A stretch of DNA of 64,000 bases from Oscillospiraceae bacterium (lineage in GTDB: Bacteria; Bacillota; Clostridia; Oscillospirales; Acutalibacteraceae): positions 1,407 to 65,406 of the forward strand of contig SVPC01000003.1 in the NCBI GenBank assembly GCA_015066095.1, read 5' to 3'. The notes beneath the pieces are model-generated. The model ran no database searches, was not told where the DNA came from, and saw only the letters and a program-made list of their open reading frames with translations. Below, one piece after another: positions 44,952 through 55,331 of the stretch (positions within the stretch are counted from its first letter, which is position 1; every line of letters starts with the position of its first letter). The translations under genes were made by a program, and so were the position numbers.

Positions 44952-46922
44952 ATGGATAAGTATTTAGGCAAACGCCTTGACGGCAGATATGAAATACGCG
45001 AAATTATCGGTGTTGGCGGTATGGCTGTTGTTTATAAAGCCTTTGACAATGTTGAAAACCGTTTTGTGGCAATAAAAATATTAAAGGAAGAATTTCTTTC
45101 AAATCAAGAGTTTTTGCGCCGTTTTAAAAATGAAAGCAAGGCAATTGCTATGCTTTCACATCCTAATATCGTAAATGTTTACGATGTTAGTTTCGGCGAC
45201 CTTATTCAATATATTGTTATGGAATATATTGAAGGTATTACCTTAAAAGAATTTATTGAACGAGAGGGTAGTCTTCGTTGGAATGACGCTGTTCACTTTA
45301 CTGTTCAGATTTTAAAGGGATTACAACATGCTCACGATAAGGGTATTGTACACCGTGATGTTAAACCGCAGAATATTATGGTTTTATCTGACGGCACTAT
45401 TAAGGTTACCGACTTTGGTATTGCGCGTTTTGCGCGTAGTGACCAACGCACCATTACCGATAAAGCAATTGGTTCTGTACACTATGTTAGCCCCGAACAG
45501 GCGAGAGGGGAAAAGACAGACGAAAAAGCGGACATTTATTCTGTAGGTGTTATGCTTTATGAAATGATTACAGGCAGATTGCCGTTCCAAGCAGAAAGTG
45601 CTGTTTCGGTTGCTATTATGCAGTTGCAACGCGACCCACAACTTCCTACAACAATCAACCCGTCAATCCCTAAGGGACTTGAACAGATTACAATGCACGC
45701 TATGCAAAAAAGTCAGGAGCGCCGTTATCAGTCCGCTTCCGAAATACTTTGTGATTTAAATAATTTCAAACGCGACCCTTCTATCACATTTCCTTATTCA
45801 TATTTTGTAGACAATGCTCCCACAAAATATGTAAATTCGTTAAATAATGACGAAGTTGACGAGGCGACTGAACGCACCTCTCATAAAAATAAAAACAGTA
45901 TAATACCTATTTTAACAGGTGTTGCTATTGCTGTTTTAATTGCTGCCATTGTTGGTGCCATAATTTTCTTCAAAAACAATTGTTCTAGCACGGGCATAGA
46001 GTTCGAATGTCCTAATTTCGTTGGTAAAAATATCACTGAAATTCAAGAAAACCCCGAATACACCGAAAATTTTGATATCACTTTCAAAACCGCACCTAAT
46101 AACGAGTATGGCAAGGATATTATTTTTGAACAATCAATTGCCGAGGGTACAAAACTTAAAAAAGGCGCTAAAATAACCCTTTCTTACAGTACGGGTGCTT
46201 CTACTTTAAAAGTTCCCGGTGTTACAGGATATACCGAAGCCGCCGCCGTTACTGAACTAAAAACCTATAACTTTGATGTTAAGGTTGTAGAAGAATATAG
46301 CGACGAATTTGATGCAGGTATTGTAATTAAAACAGACCCTGCAGAGGGCTCGGAAGTATATGAAGGCACTACCATTACTGTTTATGTTTCTTCGGGTAAA
46401 GAAGAAATAAGCGTTGATATTCCTAATGTTATCGGTGAGCCAATATCACAGGCAAAACAGCGTATTGAAGACGCAGGATTAAAGGTTGCTGTTGAAAATG
46501 TCAATTTAACCGCGGCTGATAAATATCAACCAAAAGATTATGTTTTGCGCCAAGACCCGCAAGGCGGTTCGAAAAAGGTTTCAGAAGGTACAACAATTAC
46601 ACTATATGTAAGTAGCGGTATGTATGAAACCGATATTGAAATCGCACTCCCAACTGATTTTACAGAAGATGTTTGCACAGTTTCATTGTGGCTTAACGGC
46701 TCTTGTAAAAAGACAAGTGAAAACATTAACCTAAAACAGGTGAAAAAATACACATTCAGCGATGTTGTATCACAGAATAAAACCGAAACATTTACTGTAA
46801 TGATTAAGGGAGAAAATAGCTCATCACAAGATTATATGACCATCTTCGTAGATTTTACAAAACAAAAAAATAATGTTTCAATATTAAGCGTTTCAACCTT
46901 TGGTGGGGCCGATGGAACTTAA
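44952..46922 (+). CDS. prkC: Ser/Thr protein kinase with extracellular PASTA repeats (PrkC/Stk1)
   Basis: Hanks kinase motifs GVGGMAVVYKA, VAIK, HRDVKPQN, DFGIAR and SPEQ. One TM segment, then three PASTA-like repeats. Confidence 0.93.
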   Translation: MDKYLGKRLDGRYEIREIIGVGGMAVVYKAFDNVENRFVAIKILKEEFLSNQEFLRRFKNESKAIAMLSHPNIVNVYDVSFGDLIQYIVMEYIEGITLKEFIEREGSLRWNDAVHFTVQILKGLQHAHDKGIVHRDVKPQNIMVLSDGTIKVTDFGIARFARSDQRTITDKAIGSVHYVSPEQARGEKTDEKADIYSVGVMLYEMITGRLPFQAESAVSVAIMQLQRDPQLPTTINPSIPKGLEQITMHAMQKSQERRYQSASEILCDLNNFKRDPSITFPYSYFVDNAPTKYVNSLNNDEVDEATERTSHKNKNSIIPILTGVAIAVLIAAIVGAIIFFKNNCSSTGIEFECPNFVGKNITEIQENPEYTENFDITFKTAPNNEYGKDIIFEQSIAEGTKLKKGAKITLSYSTGASTLKVPGVTGYTEAAAVTELKTYNFDVKVVEEYSDEFDAGIVIKTDPAEGSEVYEGTTITVYVSSGKEEISVDIPNVIGEPISQAKQRIEDAGLKVAVENVNLTAADKYQPKDYVLRQDPQGGSKKVSEGTTITLYVSSGMYETDIEIALPTDFTEDVCTVSLWLNGSCKKTSENINLKQVKKYTFSDVVSQNKTETFTVMIKGENSSSQDYMTIFVDFTKQKNNVSILSVSTFGGADGT

Positions 46923-46923
46923 G

Positions 46924-47817
46924 ATGAAAGGTATTATCGTTAAGGCTTTATCTTCATTTTATTATGTTGAAACCGAAAGCGGCATTTTAGAATGTAAGGC
47001 AAGGGGGAATTTCCGCAAAAGCGGTTTTTCCCCTTTGGTTGGAGATAGGGTAGATATAGAGAGTTTGGACGGAACTCACGGTGTTATTAACTGTATTTGC
47101 GAGCGTAAAAACTTTTTAAAACGCCCGAATGTTGCTAATATCGATAAGTTATTTATCGTTTCTTCTTATTCGACTCCTGCTCCTAACACACTTATAATTG
47201 ATAAAATTTCCGCAATTGCAAGATATAACGATATTGAGCCAATAATTGTTTTTAATAAAGCAGATATGGGCGATTTCTCCGAATTTGAGCGTATATACAC
47301 AAATGCAGGTTTCAAAACCTTTGTTGTATCCGCCCAAAGCGGTTCGGGTATGGAAAATGTAATTGCCGAATTAAAAGATTGTATCAGTGCATTTACAGGC
47401 AATTCAGGTGTTGGCAAGTCTAGTATACTAAACTACTTGTTTGGCAATAAAAACATCGCCACGGGTGATGTGAGCGAAAAATTAGGCAGAGGGCGACACA
47501 CTACACGCCATATCGAAGCGCACAAACTCCCATTTGGGGGCTATGTTGTTGATACTCCCGGCTTTTCATCAATTGAACACGATGTCGATGATTATGATTT
47601 TAAAGAGCATTTGGCAGAATGTTTTTACGATTTTGGTGATAATATTTACAATTGCAAATTTTCTTCCTGCACCCATACAAAAGAAAAGGGATGCAAGGTA
47701 ATTGAAGCGGTAAATAAAGGTGAAATTGAACCAACGCGCCATAATTCATATGCCCAAATTTTTAATGAATTGAAAGATTTGAAGGCGTGGGTTGCCCATA
47801 AAAAACAAAATCGGTAA
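46924..47817 (+). CDS. rsgA: ribosome small-subunit-dependent GTPase A
   Basis: ATG at 46924. NKADM, GNSGVGKSS, GRGRHTTRH and the C-terminal zinc motif C-FSSCTHTKEKGC. Confidence 0.93.
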   Translation: MKGIIVKALSSFYYVETESGILECKARGNFRKSGFSPLVGDRVDIESLDGTHGVINCICERKNFLKRPNVANIDKLFIVSSYSTPAPNTLIIDKISAIARYNDIEPIIVFNKADMGDFSEFERIYTNAGFKTFVVSAQSGSGMENVIAELKDCISAFTGNSGVGKSSILNYLFGNKNIATGDVSEKLGRGRHTTRHIEAHKLPFGGYVVDTPGFSSIEHDVDDYDFKEHLAECFYDFGDNIYNCKFSSCTHTKEKGCKVIEAVNKGEIEPTRHNSYAQIFNELKDLKAWVAHKKQNR

Positions 47818-47862
47818 CTTTTTTTGTTTTCCCCATATAATGTACTGTAAGGGGGAAACGAA

Positions 47863-48012
47863 ATGCGAAAACGCTTTAAATTTAATAAAGGTTTTACTGC
47901 CATTGCTTTTGCGAGTGGCATGCTGATTTCTTGTTTCTGTCCTCCTCAATTTTTGATTGCGGTGCTTGCAATCTGGGTAATAATTTTGGGTTGTTCAAGC
48001 ACCAAATGTTAA
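47863..48012 (+). CDS. unannotated 49-aa small hydrophobic protein (MRKRFKFNKGFTAIAFASGMLISCFCPPQFLIAVLAIWVIILGCSSTKC)
   Basis: ATG 6 nt after a GGGGGAAA RBS. It has a basic N-terminus, two hydrophobic stretches and 4 Cys. It is below the ORF-track length cutoff, and CATATAAT lies 22 nt upstream. Confidence 0.4.
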   Translation: MRKRFKFNKGFTAIAFASGMLISCFCPPQFLIAVLAIWVIILGCSSTKC

Positions 48013-48020
48013 CGGGGGTA

Positions 48021-48119
48021 ATGTTTTTGAAAGTGGTAATTTTCAAAGGTCCTAAGTTTTTAAACGGAATTTTAAGAATGATTTTTGGTATAAAAAGACA
48101 ACCGATTGATAATACATAA
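48021..48119 (+). CDS. spoVM: stage V sporulation protein M (32 aa)
   Basis: The ATG at 48021 lies 3 nt after GGGGG. MFLKVVIFKGPKFLNGILRMIFGIKRQ aligns with B. subtilis SpoVM (..IKLPKFLGGIVRAMLGSFRK). Its position downstream of prkC-rsgA matches Bacillus, and a terminator follows. Confidence 0.7.
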   Translation: MFLKVVIFKGPKFLNGILRMIFGIKRQPIDNT

Positions 48120-48147
48120 ATCCCGCTCAAGCGGGATTTTTTATTTT
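48118..48147 (+). terminator. rho-independent terminator
   Basis: AAATCCCGC-TCAA-GCGGGATTT followed by a T-tract. Confidence 0.85.
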
Positions 48148-48234
48148 TAGTAAAAAATTTAATAAAAGCATTGAAAAAAAGGCGATTTAATGGTAAAATA
48201 AAGTGTATTATTATATAAAAAAGGCGGTGATAAT

Positions 48235-50247
48235 ATGGGCTTTAAAAAATGGGTTGTAAAAGACATAAACCGTGACCTTGCAAAACAGTTGGCAAATGAA
48301 TGTGATGTCGAGCCGATTTTGGCTTTAATAGCTACTGCGCGCGGTTACTGTGACCCTGCTGAATTAGAGCAATTTCTGTCTGATGAACCTTGTTTTTCTG
48401 ATATATATTCTTTAGCCGATATTATGCACGCCGCTGACATTGTAAATATGGCAATCGATGCAAATGAAAAGATTACCGTTTACGGTGATTATGATTGTGA
48501 CGGTGTTACCGCCACTGCTATGCTTTACACATATCTCAAAAGCCGAAATGCAAATGTTGATTTTTACATTCCCGACCGTTTTGAGGAAGGGTATGGTATG
48601 AATTGTAACGCAGTAAGACAATTGCACCAAAACGGTACTAATCTTATAATCACTGTTGATAACGGTATTGCTTGTATTGATGAAATCTCACTGGCTAATG
48701 AACTCGGTATGACTGTAATTGTAACCGACCACCATTTACCGTCGGATGTATTACCACAAGCAGCAGCAGTTGTTGACCCTTATAGAAAAGATTGTCCGAG
48801 TGAATTTAAAACTGTATGCGGTGCTCAGGTTGCCTTTATGCTGATTTGTGTGATTGAGGGCAAAGAACCCGAAGAATTATTGCCTTATTTTGCTGATATT
48901 TTATCTGTAGCGGTTATAGCCGATGTAATGCCGCTAATATACGAAAACCGCAGTATCATAAAATACGGTTTAAACAAATTAAAAACAGCACCTTTAACAG
49001 GTTTTTCGGCACTTTTAAATGTTTCGGGTGTTAAAATTAACGATGTAACATCTGAAAAAGTTGCTTTTTCAATTTGTCCGCGTATAAATGCTGCAGGCCG
49101 TATGGGCAGCGCAAAACTTGCGGTAGATTTGCTTTGCGAAACAGATATGCTAAACGCCTTGAAAATAGCAAATCAAATAGACGAAATGAATGCAACGCGC
49201 CAACAAACCGAAAGACAGATTTATAAAGAAGCGGTTGAACTGATAGAAAAACACGGTTACGATAATGACCGTGTAATTGTGGTTTGCGGTGAAAATTGGC
49301 ATCACGGTGTTGTGGGCATTGTTGCATCCCGTATTTGTGAGCGCTACGGTACACCTTGCATTGTATTATCTCGCGACGGTGATACTGCACATGGTTCGGG
49401 CAGAAGTTATGATGGCTTTTCACTTTTTGATGCAGTAAACTCTTGCAAAGATTTGCTTTTGAAATTTGGCGGTCACGCTTTGGCGTGCGGTCTTAGTATT
49501 GATTGTGGAAAAATAGATGAATTTAGAGAAAATATCAATAATTATGCCTATAAAACCGCTTACCTTCCGCCTGTGCTTTTGCTTGATTGCAAACTTAATC
49601 CATCGGCACTTACGGTTGACCTGTCGGAATCTTTAAAACGCTTACAACCCTTTGGGTTTCAGAATCAAATGCCTGTGTTCGGCGTTTTTGGGGTTACTTT
49701 GCAACGGATTACACCACTTTCAGGCAATAAGCATTTGAAGCTTTTATTCACAAAAGACAAAACAAGTTTTCAGGCTTTATTGTTTTCGGTTAATACCGAT
49801 ACTTTCTGTTTTGATGTAGGGGACGTTTTAGATTTAGCAATCACTGTAGATACTAACTACTATAACGGCAATATTACTGTTAGTGTGCTAATAAAAGGTA
49901 TTCGTGTTTCTTCTACTAATGAAGATAAACTTTTTATGGATATTGAGAATTATAAACTGTTTCAAAAAAATTTACCTTTTAATGCCGAATCTATTACACC
50001 TACCCGTGCGGAAATAGGTGAGGTATACCGTTATATCGGCACAAACGGTGAAATACCCGAAAAAATCAAATACAAATTTATTACTACACTGAATTTTGGA
50101 AAAACAAGTGTAGCGCTTGACATTTTAAAAGATTTAGGTTTGATTACATTAAAAGACGGGAGATATTTCAAATCTCCTAACACACAAAAAACAGACCTAC
50201 TTAATTCCGAAATTTACAAACAACTTATAAAGGAGGGTGAGAAATAA
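48235..50247 (+). CDS. recJ: single-stranded-DNA-specific exonuclease RecJ
   Basis: 670 aa. DHH motifs GDYDCDGV, ITVDNG, VTDHH and the DHHA1 motif GGHALACG. Confidence 0.93.
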   Translation: MGFKKWVVKDINRDLAKQLANECDVEPILALIATARGYCDPAELEQFLSDEPCFSDIYSLADIMHAADIVNMAIDANEKITVYGDYDCDGVTATAMLYTYLKSRNANVDFYIPDRFEEGYGMNCNAVRQLHQNGTNLIITVDNGIACIDEISLANELGMTVIVTDHHLPSDVLPQAAAVVDPYRKDCPSEFKTVCGAQVAFMLICVIEGKEPEELLPYFADILSVAVIADVMPLIYENRSIIKYGLNKLKTAPLTGFSALLNVSGVKINDVTSEKVAFSICPRINAAGRMGSAKLAVDLLCETDMLNALKIANQIDEMNATRQQTERQIYKEAVELIEKHGYDNDRVIVVCGENWHHGVVGIVASRICERYGTPCIVLSRDGDTAHGSGRSYDGFSLFDAVNSCKDLLLKFGGHALACGLSIDCGKIDEFRENINNYAYKTAYLPPVLLLDCKLNPSALTVDLSESLKRLQPFGFQNQMPVFGVFGVTLQRITPLSGNKHLKLLFTKDKTSFQALLFSVNTDTFCFDVGDVLDLAITVDTNYYNGNITVSVLIKGIRVSSTNEDKLFMDIENYKLFQKNLPFNAESITPTRAEIGEVYRYIGTNGEIPEKIKYKFITTLNFGKTSVALDILKDLGLITLKDGRYFKSPNTQKTDLLNSEIYKQLIKEGEK

Positions 50248-52433
50248 TGACCGAAATCGAGCGCAATAATTTTGAAGATTTGAAACTTATGCTTCAAAAT
50301 TTTGATGAAGATTATGATATTGATATGATTAAAAAAGCGTTTGAAATTTGTGTTGCCGCGCACGAGGGACAAAAGCGTATTTCGGGTGAAGATTATTATT
50401 ATCACCCGTTTAATGTTGCGAAAATTGTCATTACTCTCGGTATGGACAGTGAATCGGTTGTGGCTTCTCTATTGCATGATGTGGTAGAAGATACACAACT
50501 GACACTTGATGATATCAGAAGACAATTCGGTGATGAGGTTGCACTTTTGGTTGACGGTGTTACCAAAATCGGTAAACTTAATTTTTCTACCAAAGAGCAA
50601 CAACAAGCCGAAAGTTTACGAAAAATGCTTATCGCTATGGGTAAGGATATTCGTGTAATTATCATCAAACTTGCCGACAGACTACACAATATGCGCACTA
50701 TCGATGCAATGCGGCCGCAAAAACAACGTGATATATCGGTGGAAACTCTTGAAATTTATGCTCCGATTGCGCATAGACTAGGTATCAGACCTGTTAAGGA
50801 AGAACTTGAAGATTTAGCGATTAAACATCTTGACCCTATTGCTTATGGCGAAATAGAGGAACTTTTAAAGCACAGAAAAAACCACCGCGAACAGATACTT
50901 AATGAGATAAAAAACCGCATCGAGGAACGTTTGCGTGAAACTATGCCTAATGCAACCCTATCTTTTCAAGGTAGAGTTAAATCAATACACGGCATTTACC
51001 GTAAAATGTACGCTCAAGGCCGTACTTTTGATGAAATTTACGATATTTATGCTATTCGTATAATTACCGATACTGTGGCAGACTGCTATAACATTTTAGG
51101 TCTTATGCACGATATGTTCCGTCCTATTCCTAATAGGTTTAAAGATTATATTTCCACACCTAAACCTAATATGTATCAGTCTTTGCATACTACAGTTATA
51201 AGCCGTGCAGGGATACCTTTTGAAATTCAGATTCGTACTTTTGAAATGCATCACACGGCTGAATTCGGTATTGCGGCGCACTGGAAATATAAAGAGGGTA
51301 TAACCAAAAACGATAACCGAATGAATGAACGACTTGAGTGGATTCGTCAGATTATCGATACTCAAGACGCTACAAATGATGCTTCAGATATTATCCGCAC
51401 TATTAAGGTTGACCTTGCAGAAGAAGATGTTTTTGCAGTTACACCTAAAGGTGATGTTATAAATCTTCCTGTTGGCGCTACAATTGTAGACTTTGCTTTT
51501 GCTATTCACTCGGCAGTAGGCACCCGTATGTCGGGCGCAAAGGTTGACGGTAAAATCGTACCCATTAACCACGAGGTTAAAACAGGTGAAGTTATAGAAA
51601 TATTAACAACCAATGCCGCAGGTCACGGACCAAGCCGAGATTGGCTAAATATTGCCGTAACCTCATCTGCAAAGGCTAAAATTCGTTCTTGGTTTAAAAA
51701 GGAAAAGAGACCTGAAAATATTGCTACGGGTAAAAGTGAGTACGAAAAAGAACTTCGCCGTAATAATATAAACTTTAACGAAGAAGAATTAGAAGACTAT
51801 ACAGCTGAACTCGCTAAAAAATATCGTTTTGCTAACAGTGAAGAATTTTATGCTGCTATCGGTTACGGCGGGATTTTGCTTTCCAAAATTTTACCCCGTA
51901 TCAAAGATGATTACAACAAGAAAAATGCCGAAAATAAACCAGTATCGGTTGCGTCGCAAACTATTCGTTCAAAATCTTCGGAAGGCGTTATCGTCGAAGG
52001 CATTGATAATTGTTTAATAAAACTTTCAAAATGCTGTAATCCGCTTCCGGGTGATGATATTATAGGCTTTATAACACGCGGTCACGGTGTTTCTATCCAT
52101 AAACGCGATTGTAATAATGTACCTGTAAACATTCAAGATGATGACGAGCCTGACCGCTGGATTGCTGCACATTGGAATAGCATTAAATCAGAAACCTTTA
52201 CCTCAACACTTAAGGCTGTTGCTATCGACCGCGACGGTATTCTTATTGATGTTATGAATGCGCTTAATAATATGCGAGTGCCTATTCACAGTATAAGTGC
52301 GCGTCAAACAAAAGACGGCAACTGTATCATTATTATGACAATCAGCGCCGAAAGTGTTGAGCATTTACGCAGTATTATTGCAAGAATAGAAAAAGTTCCT
52401 AAAATTTTCAATGTTGAAAGGATAAATCAATAG
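50247..52433 (+). CDS. relA: bifunctional (p)ppGpp synthetase/hydrolase RelA/SpoT (Rel)
   Basis: 728 aa. HD hydrolase (HPFNVA, LLHDVVEDT), synthetase (YRSLHT-like YQSLHTTV, EIQIRT), TGS and ACT regions. Its ATG shares one nt with the recJ stop (TAATG). Confidence 0.95.
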   Translation: MTEIERNNFEDLKLMLQNFDEDYDIDMIKKAFEICVAAHEGQKRISGEDYYYHPFNVAKIVITLGMDSESVVASLLHDVVEDTQLTLDDIRRQFGDEVALLVDGVTKIGKLNFSTKEQQQAESLRKMLIAMGKDIRVIIIKLADRLHNMRTIDAMRPQKQRDISVETLEIYAPIAHRLGIRPVKEELEDLAIKHLDPIAYGEIEELLKHRKNHREQILNEIKNRIEERLRETMPNATLSFQGRVKSIHGIYRKMYAQGRTFDEIYDIYAIRIITDTVADCYNILGLMHDMFRPIPNRFKDYISTPKPNMYQSLHTTVISRAGIPFEIQIRTFEMHHTAEFGIAAHWKYKEGITKNDNRMNERLEWIRQIIDTQDATNDASDIIRTIKVDLAEEDVFAVTPKGDVINLPVGATIVDFAFAIHSAVGTRMSGAKVDGKIVPINHEVKTGEVIEILTTNAAGHGPSRDWLNIAVTSSAKAKIRSWFKKEKRPENIATGKSEYEKELRRNNINFNEEELEDYTAELAKKYRFANSEEFYAAIGYGGILLSKILPRIKDDYNKKNAENKPVSVASQTIRSKSSEGVIVEGIDNCLIKLSKCCNPLPGDDIIGFITRGHGVSIHKRDCNNVPVNIQDDDEPDRWIAAHWNSIKSETFTSTLKAVAIDRDGILIDVMNALNNMRVPIHSISARQTKDGNCIIIMTISAESVEHLRSIIARIEKVPKIFNVERINQ

Positions 52434-52897
52434 TGAAAGCAGTAATTCAAAGGGTTAGCGAAGCATCGGTTAAGGTAGATAATGAAGTTGTCGGTGCTTG
52501 TAACCAGGGTTATATGATACTTTTCGGCGCAGTAGAGGGTGATACTCTCGAAGATGTCGAAATTTTAGCACAAAAAGTGGTTAATTTACGTATTTTTTGT
52601 GACGAATATGATAAAATGAACCGTTCTATATTAGATATTGACGGCGAAATTCTTGCCATTTCACAGTTTACTTTAGCTGCGGATGTCAAAAAGGGCAACC
52701 GCCCTTCATTCATAAAAGCACTTAATCCCGCAGAAGCCTCAGAATTTTATGATATTTTTTGCGAAAAATTAAAAGAATTAGGTGTAAAAAGGGTAGAAAA
52801 GGGTGTCTTTGGCGGAGATATGAAAGTATCTCTTGTAAATGACGGGCCAGTTACTATTCTTTACGATACCGAAATTTGGAGAAAAAATGGAAATTAA
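52433..52897 (+). CDS. dtd: D-aminoacyl-tRNA deacylase
   Basis: GTG start sharing one nt with the relA stop. MKAVIQRV, SQFTL and NDGPVT motifs. Confidence 0.93.
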   Translation: MKAVIQRVSEASVKVDNEVVGACNQGYMILFGAVEGDTLEDVEILAQKVVNLRIFCDEYDKMNRSILDIDGEILAISQFTLAADVKKGNRPSFIKALNPAEASEFYDIFCEKLKELGVKRVEKGVFGGDMKVSLVNDGPVTILYDTEIWRKNGN

Positions 52898-53501
52898 CGT
52901 TTTACCGCTTGGTCACATTGGTGCAAATTGTTATATGATTTACACCGAAAAAGCCGCGCTTGTTATTGATTGCGGCTTTAAAAGTGATGCAGTTTCTGTG
53001 TTTTTAAAAGAAAACGGCTATAAAGAGCGTATGATTTTACTAACACATGGACATTTTGACCATATAGGCGGTGCCGAGTCTTTGCGAAAAGAAACCGATA
53101 CAAAAATTGCTATCGGTGCGCTTGATGCTGCTTTATTAGAAGATACCGAATTAAATCTTTCAGATAGATTTCACGCGCATTTATCACCATTTAAGGCAGA
53201 TATTTTGCTTAATGACGGCGATGTAATCACAGTTGGCGATTTAACGTTTAAAGTAATTCACACACCTGGTCATACAAAAGGTTCGGTATGCTTTTTATGC
53301 GAAAATATACTATTCTCTGGTGACACTTTGTTCGACGCAAGTATTGGCAGGACCGATTTTCCGGGCGGCGACTTTGAAACAATTAAGTCTTCTATTAAAA
53401 AATTATATAATTTAAGCGACGACACTATTGTTCTTTCAGGTCACGGTAACAGAACTACCATTTTAAAAGAAAAATTACACAATCCTTTTATTAGAGGTTA
53501 A
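52887..53501 (+). CDS. MBL-fold metallo-hydrolase
   Basis: The ATG at 52887 follows GGAG. THGHFDHIGG and HTPGHT motifs. Confidence 0.85.
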   Translation: MEINVLPLGHIGANCYMIYTEKAALVIDCGFKSDAVSVFLKENGYKERMILLTHGHFDHIGGAESLRKETDTKIAIGALDAALLEDTELNLSDRFHAHLSPFKADILLNDGDVITVGDLTFKVIHTPGHTKGSVCFLCENILFSGDTLFDASIGRTDFPGGDFETIKSSIKKLYNLSDDTIVLSGHGNRTTILKEKLHNPFIRG

Positions 53502-53503
53502 AA

Positions 53504-54964
53504 ATGCGACTTTGCCTTGTAAATCACAATTTTAAATATGAACTTGAAAAATTAATTCGTTTATTTTTACCGTTTGAAAAAATAGAAGTTTTTGAAAAAG
53601 AAGATATTAACGATTATTGCACAATTTCAAAACTCGAAAATAATTATGCTTTTGCTTCGCTTTATATTGACGATAAAAATTATCAAAGCCGTATAAAAGT
53701 AGAAAATTATAATAATGACCGCGATAAAGACTGTGAGTTAGCACTCGCCCTTGCGGTGTTTGAGTGTTTTACTGACGCTACAGGCTATTTTCCCGATTGG
53801 GGCATACTTACAGGTATACGCCCTGCAAAACTCTTATCACGCCTTAAAAAAACGTGGGGAAAAGATAAAGCAGAAACCTATTTTTCAAACATCTTAAAGG
53901 TAAACCCTAAAAAGATGGATTTGTGCCGTCAAACATTAAACGGAGAAGGGGAGATTACTTCTCTTTCAAAACCTGATTCTTTTAGTCTTTACATTTCTAT
54001 TCCTTTTTGCCCAAGCAGATGTTCGTATTGTTCATTTGTATCCCATTCGGTAGAACAGGCACAAAAACTTATCCCACAGTATGTAAAATGTTTGTGTAAA
54101 GAATTATGTTTGACCGCAAAAATCGCAAAGCAAAACAATTTAAAACTCGAAACTATCTATATTGGCGGCGGTACGCCTACCACTATTAACGCCGAGCAAT
54201 TGGAAACTATACTTAAAACAGTTAACGAAAACTTTGATTTATCTGATTTGCGTGAATATACTATAGAAGCGGGTAGACCCGACACAATAACACGCGAAAA
54301 ACTTATGGTTATTAAGAAATACGGTGCTACACGTATTAGCATAAATCCGCAGACTATGAACGATGATGTTTTAAAGCAGATTGGAAGAAATCACACCGCA
54401 CACGATACTGTAAATGCATTTTCTCTTGCGCGTGAATGTGGTTTTGATAATATAAATACTGATTTAATAGCAGGTCTGCCAACCGATACTTTCGAAAGTT
54501 TTAAATCTACTATTGGGCAGGTCTTGGCGCTTAATCCCGAAAGTGTAACAGTTCATTCGCTTAGTATGAAACGGTCATCCCGACTTACGGTAAAAGGTGC
54601 TTTTCCTGAGGTTGAATGCGGAAAAATTGCTTCTCAAATGGTGGATTACGCAAATATCGTACTTAATCAAAACGGTATACATCCGTACTATATGTACCGC
54701 CAAAGTAAAACCGTGGGCAACCTTGAAAATGTAGGTTACTCAAAAAAGGGTTTTGAATGTCTTTACAATGTATTTATAATGGATGAAACCCACACTATTC
54801 TCTCCTGCGGTGCTTCGGCAGTAACCAAACTGCGTGAGCCCTACGGTGACTATATAGAACGCATATTCAACTATAAATATCCTTATGAATATATAAATAA
54901 TTTTGAAGAAATCATAAACCGTAAGTCAAAGATAGACGGTTTTTACAACACATATAAAACTTGA
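53504..54964 (+). CDS. hemZ: radical SAM coproporphyrinogen-dehydrogenase-like protein (HemZ/HemN family)
   Basis: 486 aa. CPSRCSYCSF cluster motif, IYIGGGTPT, and the N-terminal extension typical of HemZ. Confidence 0.75.
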   Translation: MRLCLVNHNFKYELEKLIRLFLPFEKIEVFEKEDINDYCTISKLENNYAFASLYIDDKNYQSRIKVENYNNDRDKDCELALALAVFECFTDATGYFPDWGILTGIRPAKLLSRLKKTWGKDKAETYFSNILKVNPKKMDLCRQTLNGEGEITSLSKPDSFSLYISIPFCPSRCSYCSFVSHSVEQAQKLIPQYVKCLCKELCLTAKIAKQNNLKLETIYIGGGTPTTINAEQLETILKTVNENFDLSDLREYTIEAGRPDTITREKLMVIKKYGATRISINPQTMNDDVLKQIGRNHTAHDTVNAFSLARECGFDNINTDLIAGLPTDTFESFKSTIGQVLALNPESVTVHSLSMKRSSRLTVKGAFPEVECGKIASQMVDYANIVLNQNGIHPYYMYRQSKTVGNLENVGYSKKGFECLYNVFIMDETHTILSCGASAVTKLREPYGDYIERIFNYKYPYEYINNFEEIINRKSKIDGFYNTYKT

Positions 54965-55010
54965 TTTCTAAATGAACGTATGCTAATATATTATAAACGG
55001 AGGTTTTATT

Positions 55011-55283
55011 ATGGACTTTTTTGAAAATGCACTCAACACCGCAAAAGAAGCGCTTGAAATAGTTTCACAAAAAACGGAAGAAGTAGTAACTACAGGTAAA
55101 CAAAAGTATACTATTGCTTCGCTTAAAAATAAAAACAGTAAATGTTTCGAAAGCCTTGGCCGTATTTATTTTGAGCAATTACTAGATACCGAAATTGAGG
55201 ATGATGAAACCCGTAATTTGGTGAACATTATTTTGCAAAACGAAGAAAAGATAGCCCAATTACAAGAAGAATTGAACGGATAA
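55011..55283 (+). CDS. hypothetical small helical protein
   Basis: 90-aa ORF with a GGAGG RBS and a terminator directly downstream. No recognisable motif. Confidence 0.5.
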   Translation: MDFFENALNTAKEALEIVSQKTEEVVTTGKQKYTIASLKNKNSKCFESLGRIYFEQLLDTEIEDDETRNLVNIILQNEEKIAQLQEELNG

Positions 55284-55292
55284 TAAAAATTT

Positions 55293-55318
55293 AAAATGGC
55301 TGTTTTCAGCCATTTTTT
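55293..55318 (+). terminator. rho-independent terminator
   Basis: AAAATGGCTG-TTTTC-AGCCATTTT followed by TT. It lies inside the over-extended ORF-track version of mtnN. Confidence 0.75.
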
Positions 55319-55331
55319 AATTGGAGGATAT

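Noticed and set aside
47931-48119. 62-aa ORF from the track downstream of rsgA
   Set aside because: It has no RBS at its start. It is better explained as the tail of a 49-aa ORF in another frame plus the 32-aa spoVM, which starts at an internal ATG with a GGGGG RBS.
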